Positions 17,640 to 26,848 of a DNA stretch of 64,000 nucleotides are shown piece after piece (position 1 is the first letter of the stretch; each line of letters starts with the position of its first letter). The position numbers were made by a program, and so were the translations under genes. The stretch is from an uncultured Planctomycetota bacterium (GTDB lineage Bacteria; Planctomycetota; Phycisphaerae; Tepidisphaerales; Tepidisphaeraceae): NCBI GenBank assembly GCA_963841915.1, contig CAWJEN010000006.1, forward strand, positions 672,001 through 736,000, in the 5' to 3' direction. The notes under the pieces were generated by a model. It did no database searches. It worked only from the letters and a program-made list of their open reading frames with translations, and was not told the origin of the DNA.

Positions 17640-19703
17640 ATGAAATCCATCTTCCTGTGGTGCTGCTGCGCCGTCTTCTTGCTTGCTGCCACATCTCGTG
17701 CGCAAGGTCTGCCAATCGTTCGCGTGACGCAGGACGCCATCGAGATCGAATTCGACAAGACGGAGGTCGACCAGCAACTGGTGTCGCTCGGCCTTTACGA
17801 AGCCGATGACGCAGCCGGCCTGCTGGACATGATCGTCCCGGCTGGCACAACGCGTCTCAGCCTCGACCGCATCGCGCCCGACGGCAGCGATCGCCTGTAC
17901 CGCCGCTTCGTGCTGCGACAGGACGGCGTCAATGCATTCGACCCACAGTTCGTAACCGACACGTCGGCCCTTGCTACCAACGACAGCGACCTGACGTGGC
18001 CCAAGGGCATTAAGGGCGTTTCGTGTCCCGTCGACGTGAGCGATTTGGTCGAGCTCGGCATCGAGCACATCCACACGAACGTCAGCATCAGCAAAGCGTT
18101 CCTGCCAGAGGGCACGCAAGCCGCGGATGAGGCGTTTCGCGTCGAGCACGACGGCTACACGTTCCACTTCAACAAGAGCTTCTGGGTCGCAACTGATCGC
18201 GAGATTCAGGAGCTGACCGCTGCGAACATCAACGTCGTCACGGTCATGCTCAACCCGTTCGTCAAGGACGCGGGCTTGACCGAGCTGCTGACGCATCCCG
18301 AGGCCGACGAATCGGGCTACTACAGCGCCTATCGCATCGACAATCCGGAGTCGGTCGCCCGATTCGCGGCATTCTTCGAGTTCTTTGCAGACCGCTACAC
18401 GAAACCGGGCTTCCCGCACGGCAAGGTCGGTGGGATCATCGTCGGCAACGAAGTCGATTCGCACTGGACGTGGCACAACATGGGCCGTACCGATGTGGAC
18501 ACCGTCGCCGAGCATTACGGCCGCGAGCTTCGCCTGGTGCAACTTGCGGTGCGGTCGGCCCACGCTGAACTGCCGATCTTCGCGTCGCTGACCCACTCGT
18601 GGACGTGGCCCAATTCGCTCGACCTCGAACGCAACGTCGCGGGTAAAGAGCTTTTCGACAAGCTCATGTCGATCGGCAAAGCAGGCGGAGACTTCAACTG
18701 GCATCTGGCGTACCACCCGTACCCGTCGAACCTGTTCAAGCCGGCCTTCTGGAACGACCGTATCGCCGTCTTCGGTCACGACACGCCGCAGATCACGTTC
18801 AAGAACGTCGAGGTGCTCGGCGATTATCTGAATCAGCCGGCCCAGCAATACGAGGGTAAGACGCGGCGCATCATCTTCAGCGAGCAGGGCCTCGACGCCG
18901 GAAAAACTGCCGAAAGTGAAGAGCTTCAGGCGGCAGCGCTGGCACTGGCCTGGCGGAAGATCGAGGCGATGGAGAGCGTCGACGCTTTCATCCTGCACCG
19001 CCATCTCGACCACCCCAAGGAGGGCGGGCTACGGCTCGGGCTGCTCAAGCTCGACAGCAACGACGAGACAAAGATGATGGACAAGTCGCTGTGGAGCCGT
19101 CGCCCGGCCTGGCACTTGTTTCAGGCGGCGGGAACCGAAGATTTCAACAAAGCCGCGCTGCCTTACCTGGCGCAGATCGGCCGCGAAAATCTGCTCAAGG
19201 CTCGTGCTCCAACGTATATTCCCGAGTCGGCACCGGTCGACATGGGCAAGAAGCGAAGCGAAGACGTGGTCGTCAGTCTGCCGACCGTGGCAGGCAAGGC
19301 GACGGTGCAGAACCATCTCGCCTGGGGCCGGCGAATGTCTGACCTGCCGGATGGCGGGGTGCGGGAGTCAATCCTGCTTCACCCGACGCAGTCTGACGAA
19401 CCGGCCGAGGCCACCTTCGAGCTGACGCTTCCCCAGGCGAACAAGCTGACGCTGCTCCTAACCACCGGCAAACAGGCGGCAGGTGGTGACGGCTACACCG
19501 TCGAGATCCTCGCCAACGGCCAGTCGCTGCTGACGCACAACCAGCCCGATCAGGCAATGGTTGATCACGTCATCGACCTGTCGTCGATGGTGGGCCAGTC
19601 GTTGACCCTCGTGTTCCGCGTCTCCAAGAACGCTAACGAGCGGTACGACGGCGCGCTCATGATCGACCCGCGCATCATCCGCGGCGAAGGGGGCGGGCAA
19701 TGA
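17640..19703 (+). CDS. secreted DUF5722-like putative glycoside hydrolase with C-terminal beta-sandwich (NPCBM-like) domain
   Basis: signal peptide; IVGNEVDSH, LAYHPYP, ITFKN, IIFSEQG motifs. Confidence 0.7.
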   Translation: MKSIFLWCCCAVFLLAATSRAQGLPIVRVTQDAIEIEFDKTEVDQQLVSLGLYEADDAAGLLDMIVPAGTTRLSLDRIAPDGSDRLYRRFVLRQDGVNAFDPQFVTDTSALATNDSDLTWPKGIKGVSCPVDVSDLVELGIEHIHTNVSISKAFLPEGTQAADEAFRVEHDGYTFHFNKSFWVATDREIQELTAANINVVTVMLNPFVKDAGLTELLTHPEADESGYYSAYRIDNPESVARFAAFFEFFADRYTKPGFPHGKVGGIIVGNEVDSHWTWHNMGRTDVDTVAEHYGRELRLVQLAVRSAHAELPIFASLTHSWTWPNSLDLERNVAGKELFDKLMSIGKAGGDFNWHLAYHPYPSNLFKPAFWNDRIAVFGHDTPQITFKNVEVLGDYLNQPAQQYEGKTRRIIFSEQGLDAGKTAESEELQAAALALAWRKIEAMESVDAFILHRHLDHPKEGGLRLGLLKLDSNDETKMMDKSLWSRRPAWHLFQAAGTEDFNKAALPYLAQIGRENLLKARAPTYIPESAPVDMGKKRSEDVVVSLPTVAGKATVQNHLAWGRRMSDLPDGGVRESILLHPTQSDEPAEATFELTLPQANKLTLLLTTGKQAAGGDGYTVEILANGQSLLTHNQPDQAMVDHVIDLSSMVGQSLTLVFRVSKNANERYDGALMIDPRIIRGEGGGQ

Positions 19704-21339
19704 GTCCGCTTCCGTACAAAATCCCGCAGACTGCAATGTCATCGTCACGCGTCTCGCTGACGACGCGCATCGGCTGGGGATTCGGCGGCGTGGCCGACAA
19801 CTTTATGGCCAACACGCTGTTCGTGCTCGGCATGATCATCTACGTCACGGCCTTCAACATGCCGGCCGGCCTCGCGGGGCTGGCGCTGTCGATCCCGCGG
19901 TTCGCCGACGCGATCACCGACCCGCTCATCGGCAACTTCAGCGACAACTTCAAAAGCCGCTGGGGCCGACGTCGCCCGCTCATGGTCGTCGGGGCGATCG
20001 GGTCGGCGATCCTGCTGCCGATGTTCTGGTTTCCGCCGATGCTGAGCACGGTGCAGAACCCGTGGTACAGCAACGTGCCGTTCTGGTGGATGGCAATCCT
20101 CGGGTCGCTCTACTTCCTGTTCTACACGCTGTTCATGGTGCCCTACACGGCGCTGGGCTTCGAGCTGACAGACGACTACGACGAACGGACGAAGGTCCTG
20201 GCTTGGCGGATGTACCTTGGCCTCTTCGCGAGCATGACGGTTCCCGCGCTCTACTGGGCGTGCCGGCAGCCGGTCTGGGGCGGCGAAGTCAACGGCGCGA
20301 TCGGGGTCAGCGTCATCCTCAGCTTCGTGATCCTGGCTACAGGGCTGGCCCCGGTCTTCACCACGCGGGAGAGAGTTCGTTTCTCGTTGATCGTCCCGCG
20401 ACCGAGGAGAAGCCGGCCTTTGCGCTGGAGGCGTCCGACTCGATCGAGTACGAGTCGAACGCGCTCGACTACAGGAATAAGGAGCAGGCGGCACTCGGCA
20501 TCCTGCCGGCGATCGGCTACACGGTGCAGAATAAGGCCTTCGCCATCCTGCTCGTCGCGTACCTCGCGGTCATCATGGGCCTGATGACCGCCGGGACAAT
20601 TGGCACCTTTGCCCTCATCTACTACGTCTACCAGAACGTCCCGACCGTCGACCTCGCCAAGGATCATGCCTCGCTGCTCGGCCTCATCGCGGGCATCCTC
20701 GCGGCGCTGACGGCATACGGCTCGATGTTTCTTGCAAGCCGACTCTCCCGCGTTACCGGCAAAAAAGCGGGCATGCTGATGGGCCTCTGCTTCATGCTCG
20801 TCGGTACGATCGCGGTCTGGTGGCTTTACAACCCGAACCTGACTTTCAACGAACCCGGATTCGGGCCGAGCCAGTGGCTCAGCGACAGGACCGGCATCGC
20901 CCCCGAGACGTTCAAGTGGGGCGTGCTGGTCGCTGTCTTTGTCGGGGCACTCGGCGGGCAGGGGTGCTGGCTGATGATCGACTCGATGACAGCTGACGTG
21001 TGCGACGAGGACGAACTGATCAGCGGTCGGCGGCGTGAGGGCATGTTCAGCGCTGTGCAAGGCTTCGCCCGCAAGATGGCGGTCGCGCTGACGGTGTTGT
21101 TCGGCGGATACCTGTTGGAATTCGTTGGCTTCGACGCCGCCAAGGCGGAGCTGGCCGGTGGGGTGTCGCCGGAGGTCAACCAGCGGATGCTGCTCGTCCT
21201 GATCTTTTGCCAAGGCGGCGGCCTCGTGCTGGCGATCATCGGCTTCCTGTTCTTCCCGATCACCCGGGCCAGGGCAGAAGAGACCGCCGCCAAGTTGCGA
21301 GCTCGTCGAGGAGGCTCGTCTACCGCCACCACGGTGTGA
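19700..21339 (+). pseudogene. GPH-family (MelB-like) MFS sugar transporter, frameshifted near 20370
   Basis: N-half DAITDPLIG..SD...SRWGRRRP and ELTDDYDERT in one frame; C-half ADVCDEDEL.SGRRREGMF in another; frames switch near GGGAGAGAG (20367-20375). Confidence 0.8.
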
Positions 21340-21372
21340 CGGCCGGCACGACGCAACAGCCAGGCGCAACGA

Positions 21373-21408
21373 AACGCCCCCGGCAGATGAATGCCGGGGG
21401 CGTTCTTT
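21373..21408. terminator. terminator between convergent genes
   Basis: 13-bp stem AACGCCCCCGGCA/TGCCGGGGGCGTT with 6-nt loop. Confidence 0.8.
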
Positions 21409-21429
21409 GGCTAGGCTGTGAGTTGTCGA

Positions 21430-22044
21430 TCAGCGACGGCGACGCAGCATGGCCAGGCCACCGAGCCCGAGTGCGGCCAGCGATGTCGGCTCCGGCACGT
21501 TCGTCAGGCGAACGTAGTCGAGCTGGAAGGTGTTGCCGATCGAGGCGGGCAGGTTGCCCGGATCGATGCGGTAACCTTCGATGACGCCGGTGCCGATGGG
21601 GCTGAAATCGAGCGCGTTCAGGTCGATCGAGTAGTCGACGAACGTGTTGTCGGGGCCAAGGTCACCAGTGACGGAGACGATGTTGCCGCTGACGGCACCA
21701 TTGGCATCGCCTTCGGACTCGTAGAACACGACGGTGTAGGTGGTCGGGTCGTCGTTTACAAAGTCGACAAGCAGGCGGAACTCGAGGGTGTCGTACTCGC
21801 CGACTTCGAAGCTGAAGTTATCGCCGTTACCGTCGCGGAAGCGACGAAGCTGAGCGTCACCGCTGGTGGTGGTGCCTGAGTAGACGCCACCGGCAACGGT
21901 GTCACCTGCAACGCGGTCCATGAAGTCAATAAAGCCTTCGGTGTCGCCGGGGGTATCGAATTCGACGAGGTGAGCTGCCTGCGCGGCCTGAGCGGCAGAC
22001 AGTGCAACGGCACCGGCAGCGAACATTGAGAGAGTGGTCTTCAT
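21430..22044 (-). CDS. PEP-CTERM sorting domain protein
   Basis: AGGAGG RBS; signal peptide (AAQA/A); VPEPTSLAALGLGGLAMLRRRR. Confidence 0.9.
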   Translation of the reverse strand: MKTTLSMFAAGAVALSAAQAAQAAHLVEFDTPGDTEGFIDFMDRVAGDTVAGGVYSGTTTSGDAQLRRFRDGNGDNFSFEVGEYDTLEFRLLVDFVNDDPTTYTVVFYESEGDANGAVSGNIVSVTGDLGPDNTFVDYSIDLNALDFSPIGTGVIEGYRIDPGNLPASIGNTFQLDYVRLTNVPEPTSLAALGLGGLAMLRRRR

Positions 22045-22080
22045 TACAAATCCTCCTGGAGATCGGTCTGACGCACTGCA

Positions 22081-22092
22081 GGGGCTAGTCCA
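22081..22092. promoter_or_regulatory. candidate operator (TGGACTAGTCCA-like)
   Basis: GGGGCTAGTCCA (TGGACTAGCCCC on the minus strand) ~37 bp upstream of the PEP-CTERM start. Confidence 0.45.
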
Positions 22093-22235
22093 ACTAGCTC
22101 TGCTTCCATTCGGTAGGGCAAGATGTCGCCCGGCCAAACGTGCGCCAGTGTGGAATCTACTGCGCCCAGCCACGTTGGTCAACCACTTTCTCGACGATCT
22201 GCGGCAGAACACGAAGAACGTGCTGCGTGTATGGG

Positions 22236-24182
22236 CTAGTTCTTGGTGTCCGCCGCTTCGGTATGGCTGGTCGTGAACCGCCAGCCGTAGGCAGCGTTAC
22301 GCTCCTGGTGCAGGCGGTTCATTCGGCCGTCTGGCCCTTGCACCCGCAGCACGTCGTTGTCCCACAGCAGGTAATACATCGACTCCGGCTCGAGCAAAGG
22401 CGTCTGGTCGAAGACCAGCGTTCGTGGGCCGCTCAGGTGGGCAGGTGTCGGATCGACCACCCAGACCGGCTCGACCTGTCCGTATTTCATGAGTCTGATG
22501 GTGCCGTCCATACCGACGCCTTTCTCGTCCTTGAACTCGATGTCACCAATAAAGGTCATCGTCAACTTGGCGTCGAGCGGAGCGTCTGGTTCGCTCATCT
22601 TGGGTGACACGCTGGCCAAGCCGGGTGGCATGCGTTGGTGCATCCAGTAGAAGGTCTCGCCCCGCGGCTGATTCCAGTCGGCCGGCACGTTGCCTGCTTC
22701 CTCGACGAAGGCGTCCCAGATCGCGATCATCTCCGCGAGCTTTTGTGGGTTGGATGCCGCGAGGTTCTTCGTCTCGGTGCGGTCGGTTTCAAGGTCGTAC
22801 AGCTCCCACGGGTTGGTGAACATGCTCGCCAGCTTCCACCGGCCGTCGACGATGCCGCGCGTGTAGGAGAAGCTGGAAATGAACCGGTCATACCCAGGCG
22901 CATCGGCGTCAACAAACATCGGCTGCAGCGGCTTGCCCGCGACGGGTCGCTCCTGACCGGTCGGTTCGTGCGTCACGCCTGCCGCCTGCAGGATTGTGGG
23001 ATACAGATCCCAGACCCGAACGTTCTGGTGGAGCAACGTTCCCGCTGCCGTCTCGATGCCGGCGGGCCAGCGGACGATGAGCGGGGCCGCGATGCCGCCC
23101 TCGTGGCCTGCGTGCTTGTACCACTTGAAGGGGGCGTTATTCGCGTACGCCCAGCCGTTGCTGCCGGTGAACCGCTCGTACGCGTGGCTTGTCGAGCGAT
23201 CCCACGGCAGGGCGTCAAAATTGGTGTCAATGCCGACAAAATCTGCGCCGTTGTCGCTTGCGAAGATGATCAGCGTCTCGTCGAGTATGCCCTTGGCTTC
23301 AAGGTGGTCGAGCAGGTCGCCGGTCTTCTCGTCAAGCCTGTCGATCATGCCTGCGTAGGCGGCCTGCTTGAGAGTCTCGAGCTTTTGCTCCTGCTGCGTC
23401 AACAGGTGCCAAGGTTCGACGTCCGAGGTCGGCGGTGGGAACGTGTTGTCCGGGCCGATCAGGCCGAGCTTGATGAGGCGCTCGATTCGCTGTGTGCGGA
23501 TCGGCAGCCAGCCGTCGTTGTAGACGCCGCGGTCGAGGTACTTTCGAATGTTGGCCTCCGGGGCCTGCAACGGCACGTGCGGAGCGTTGTGCGCGAGGTA
23601 GACGAAGAACGGTTCGTCGGCATCGAGTGCCGAGTCAATCTCTTCGATGGCGTAGTCGGTGAAGGCGTCGGTGGAGTAGAAGTCGCTCGGCACGTCGACG
23701 AAGGGCTTGCCGTCTTTGATCCAATCGGGTCCGGCCTCGAAGCAGTTGGTTTGCCCGCCGAGGAAGCCGAAGAAGCGGTCGAAGCCGTTGTGCTCGTCGG
23801 TGGGCGTGCCGGCAAGGTGCCACTTGCCGACGGCGATGGTGCGGTAACCGGATTGATTGAGCACATTGGCCAGCGGGCGAGCTTGCGTCATCGCCTGCTT
23901 CCCGGCGAGGTGGTACTCCATGCCGCTGAGCAGGGCAACGCGGCTGGTGACGCACATGGTCGTCGTGCGGTAGTGGGAAAACTGCAGTCCTTCTGCGGCG
24001 AGGTCGTCGAGAACAGGCGTGTCGATCTCACCGCCGTAGACGCCTAGATCGGAATACCCAAGATCGTCGGCGAGAATGACGATGACGTTGGTCCGCTCAG
24101 CCGCCGACGCCGAAGCGTTTGGCAGGCAGGTTGAGAGTAAGGCCGCAGCAAGCGCGGCCACAGCGGGCAGAAGGCGAGACAT
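22236..24182 (-). CDS. arylsulfatase with C-terminal Ig-like extension
   Basis: NVIVILADDLGYSD, CVTSRVALLSG, GKWHL, HEGGI..P; ~140 aa beta-rich tail ending WRFTT. Confidence 0.9.
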   Translation of the reverse strand: MSRLLPAVAALAAALLSTCLPNASASAAERTNVIVILADDLGYSDLGVYGGEIDTPVLDDLAAEGLQFSHYRTTTMCVTSRVALLSGMEYHLAGKQAMTQARPLANVLNQSGYRTIAVGKWHLAGTPTDEHNGFDRFFGFLGGQTNCFEAGPDWIKDGKPFVDVPSDFYSTDAFTDYAIEEIDSALDADEPFFVYLAHNAPHVPLQAPEANIRKYLDRGVYNDGWLPIRTQRIERLIKLGLIGPDNTFPPPTSDVEPWHLLTQQEQKLETLKQAAYAGMIDRLDEKTGDLLDHLEAKGILDETLIIFASDNGADFVGIDTNFDALPWDRSTSHAYERFTGSNGWAYANNAPFKWYKHAGHEGGIAAPLIVRWPAGIETAAGTLLHQNVRVWDLYPTILQAAGVTHEPTGQERPVAGKPLQPMFVDADAPGYDRFISSFSYTRGIVDGRWKLASMFTNPWELYDLETDRTETKNLAASNPQKLAEMIAIWDAFVEEAGNVPADWNQPRGETFYWMHQRMPPGLASVSPKMSEPDAPLDAKLTMTFIGDIEFKDEKGVGMDGTIRLMKYGQVEPVWVVDPTPAHLSGPRTLVFDQTPLLEPESMYYLLWDNDVLRVQGPDGRMNRLHQERNAAYGWRFTTSHTEAADTKN

Positions 24183-24224
24183 GCGGTCGATCCTACCACG
24201 CATTCGATGAAGAAAACTGGTCGC

Positions 24225-24236
24225 CGGAGTAGTCCA
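24225..24236. promoter_or_regulatory. candidate operator (TGGACTAGTCCA-like)
   Basis: CGGAGTAGTCCA upstream of the minus-strand sulfatase. Confidence 0.45.
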
Positions 24237-24322
24237 TAAGGGCGCGGGGCCGGCAGTGATCTATCTTGACACCGAAGAACCTACCGATTACTGTCGGTGT
24301 ATCAGGTTCAACCCGTCCGCTC

Positions 24323-24334
24323 TGGACTAGACCA
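24323..24334. promoter_or_regulatory. candidate operator (dre-like palindrome)
   Basis: TGGACTAGACCA upstream of the plus-strand sulfatase. Confidence 0.6.
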
Positions 24335-24382
24335 TCAGGTGAAAGTCGAGTCGGGTCCTACTAACGCTGGAGGAGCGTTTTG

Positions 24383-25903
24383 ATGAAGTTATTACTGTCG
24401 TTCGTCGGCATGTCCGTCGCTGCTCAAGCGGCGCTCGTTGCCCTGCCCGCTGCCGCCGATGCCGAACAGGCTATGGACGAGCGGCCCAACGTGCTTGTCG
24501 TCTTCACGGATGATCAGCGGTTTGACGCAGCCGGTTTTTCGGGCAACACGGCCATTTACACGCCGAACCTCGACCGCGTCGCTCGGCAGGGCGTGATCTT
24601 CGACAACTGCTTCGTCAACACCAGTATCTGCGCCGTCAGCCGGGCAAACCTCATCACCGGCCAATACCCCGATCGGCATGGCGTGACGGACTTTTTCAAA
24701 GTCCTCGACGACGAGCAGATGCAGGCGACCTTCCCCGTGCGTCTCCGAGAAGCCGGGTATTTCACCGGGCAGATCGGCAAGTGGGGTATCGGCGACTCGA
24801 TCGAGTCAACGCACCGCGCAGCCACCTTCTTCGACTACTGGGGCGGCGCGTCGCACCAGACGAACTTCCTTCACGAGGCCGACTGCACGTACGTGCTGTA
24901 CGACGGCGTCAGCAAGCCGATCAACGATGTCTGCGACTGCCCGGCAGATAGTCGCGGCGTCAAGGGGCCGCACGTGCGCATTGGCCGTGCCAACCTGCAG
25001 GGCGAGGTCCTGCAGGTTGACATGGACGTGGCACCGATGAAAGCGAAGGACTTTCTCGATGCCCGTGACGAAGCGGGTAAGAACAAGCCGTTTGCGTTGC
25101 TGGTGCAATTCAAGGCCCCGCACTCGCCGTTTGGTGATTGGGACTTGGAGATGAAAGACAGGTACAAAGGCCTGTTCCTGCCGCACCCGCCGACGGCGAC
25201 GATGCAAGTCGCCGATGCCGAACCGCAGGTGGTCAAGAAGTCTCTCGGCGGCGGTGGAGGTCGTCGCCTCGCCGGGAGTGAAGAGGAGATGCAAAAGCAC
25301 CTGCAGAACTACTACCGCCTTGTCAGTAGCATGGATGCCGGCTTCGGCAAGATCATCGACGAGCTCGAAGCTCGTGGCGAACTCGACAACACCGTTATCT
25401 TCTTCACGAGTGACAACGGCTTTATGAACGGCGATCACGGGTCGATCGAGAAGTGGCTCATGTACGAGCCGTCGCTGCGGGTTCCTGGCTTCGTCACCGA
25501 CATGCGTCAGCCGCGGACACAAGGCCCCAAGCGTGTGCAGGAACTGGTAACGACGGTTGACTTCGGTGCGAGCGTTCTTGATGCCGCCGGCCTGGACGTG
25601 CCGTCGAACATGACGGGCGTGAGCTTCATGTCTGCGATCGACGGCGAGTTGACCGGGTGGCGTGACGACTTCTACTACCACCAGCCGTTCCTGGCCAACG
25701 GCCGGTTGCCCTACACGACGGGCGTCCGAAGCGAGCAGTACAGCTATACGGCCTACGAGAGTGAGACGCCGATCGTCGAGCAGCTCTTTGACCTGCATGC
25801 GGATCCGATGCAGTTGAACAACCTTATAAACGATCCGGCCCATGCCGAAGTGGCTAAAGCTATGCGACTTCGGCTCGAAGAGTTGAAGAACGAGGTGAAG
25901 TAA
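24383..25903 (+). CDS. sulfatase (S1 family)
   Basis: GGAGGAG RBS; RPNVLVVFTDDQR, ICAVSRANLITG, KAPH, SDNG, KWLMYEPSLRVP. Confidence 0.92.
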   Translation: MKLLLSFVGMSVAAQAALVALPAAADAEQAMDERPNVLVVFTDDQRFDAAGFSGNTAIYTPNLDRVARQGVIFDNCFVNTSICAVSRANLITGQYPDRHGVTDFFKVLDDEQMQATFPVRLREAGYFTGQIGKWGIGDSIESTHRAATFFDYWGGASHQTNFLHEADCTYVLYDGVSKPINDVCDCPADSRGVKGPHVRIGRANLQGEVLQVDMDVAPMKAKDFLDARDEAGKNKPFALLVQFKAPHSPFGDWDLEMKDRYKGLFLPHPPTATMQVADAEPQVVKKSLGGGGGRRLAGSEEEMQKHLQNYYRLVSSMDAGFGKIIDELEARGELDNTVIFFTSDNGFMNGDHGSIEKWLMYEPSLRVPGFVTDMRQPRTQGPKRVQELVTTVDFGASVLDAAGLDVPSNMTGVSFMSAIDGELTGWRDDFYYHQPFLANGRLPYTTGVRSEQYSYTAYESETPIVEQLFDLHADPMQLNNLINDPAHAEVAKAMRLRLEELKNEVK

Positions 25904-25966
25904 ATTTGCCGGGTGACAGCGTGGGCACCCCGCGACGTTGCTCAATTCCATCTGGAGGAGCATCCC

Positions 25967-26752
25967 ATGAAGAAGTCCACGAGAACTCCTCGAACCGGCT
26001 TCACGCTGGTCGAGTTGTTGGTCGTCATCGGCATCATTGCTTTGCTGATCTCGATTCTGCTGCCGACGTTGTCGAGTGCGATGAGTAGCGCACGAGGCGT
26101 GAGGTGTGCCAACAATTTACGTCAGCAGGCGTTAAGCATGCACCAGTACGCTCTCGATGAAGATGGCTGGTTCCCGCAGTCGACCGCTAAGGGCCGTTGG
26201 GCGTTAGGCGGCATGAGTTCTTCGCCAATCACTGATCCGCTGCCAGTACGCTTCAAGGAGCCGGCTGCCCAGGCATTGCTGTACGTCGGTGAGTACATCG
26301 ATGAGGTAGATTTGTTTTACTGTCCTGATAAGGCCGCAGGCGTCATCAGGAGAGACCAGATTCCTGTCTACCGCGAAAAGTTCGAGAACGCGGACTACCG
26401 AAATCTGTTTGTCAATTACCCGATGTGGTCCAACTATCGTGCGGCCCAGTTCTCGCCGGAGAACAACGTACTCATCGAGCGTGGCGAACTCATTTCGGAC
26501 CGCAACAACCAAAGCGGTGCGAATATCATCGTTTCAGATGCCGTTGCCGTACACACGACAGATGGATACGACCCCTGGACGAATCATGTGGAGGACGGGG
26601 CCTATGTGGACTCTGTGACGGGCAACACATTCCAAGCTAAGCCGCTGGGCGGTCGAATCGGGCGAGCGGACGGCTCTGTTATCTTCGAATACTTCCCAGA
26701 TCTGGAGCTGCGTTACAGCGCCCCGCAGGGTAACGTGCGTTTCTTCTTCTGA
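25967..26752 (+). CDS. prepilin-type N-terminal cleavage/methylation domain protein (DUF1559-like)
   Basis: [33 protein letters not shown]...C.NNLRQ; C-terminal NH...G....ADGSV. Confidence 0.9.
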   Translation: MKKSTRTPRTGFTLVELLVVIGIIALLISILLPTLSSAMSSARGVRCANNLRQQALSMHQYALDEDGWFPQSTAKGRWALGGMSSSPITDPLPVRFKEPAAQALLYVGEYIDEVDLFYCPDKAAGVIRRDQIPVYREKFENADYRNLFVNYPMWSNYRAAQFSPENNVLIERGELISDRNNQSGANIIVSDAVAVHTTDGYDPWTNHVEDGAYVDSVTGNTFQAKPLGGRIGRADGSVIFEYFPDLELRYSAPQGNVRFFF

Positions 26753-26848
26753 TCCGCAGCCTCTCTAACCTGTGGCGCCCGTGCCATCCGGGCACCGCTT
26801 GATTTCATGCTCGTGGTCTTTAATCACGAGTTCATTAGGAACCAAATC

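Noticed and set aside
22133..22147. Possible sigma-54 promoter TGGCGCACGTTTGGC (minus strand) for the PEP-CTERM gene
   Set aside because: GG-N10-GC spacing fits but the -12 element is non-consensus; too likely by chance in GC-rich DNA
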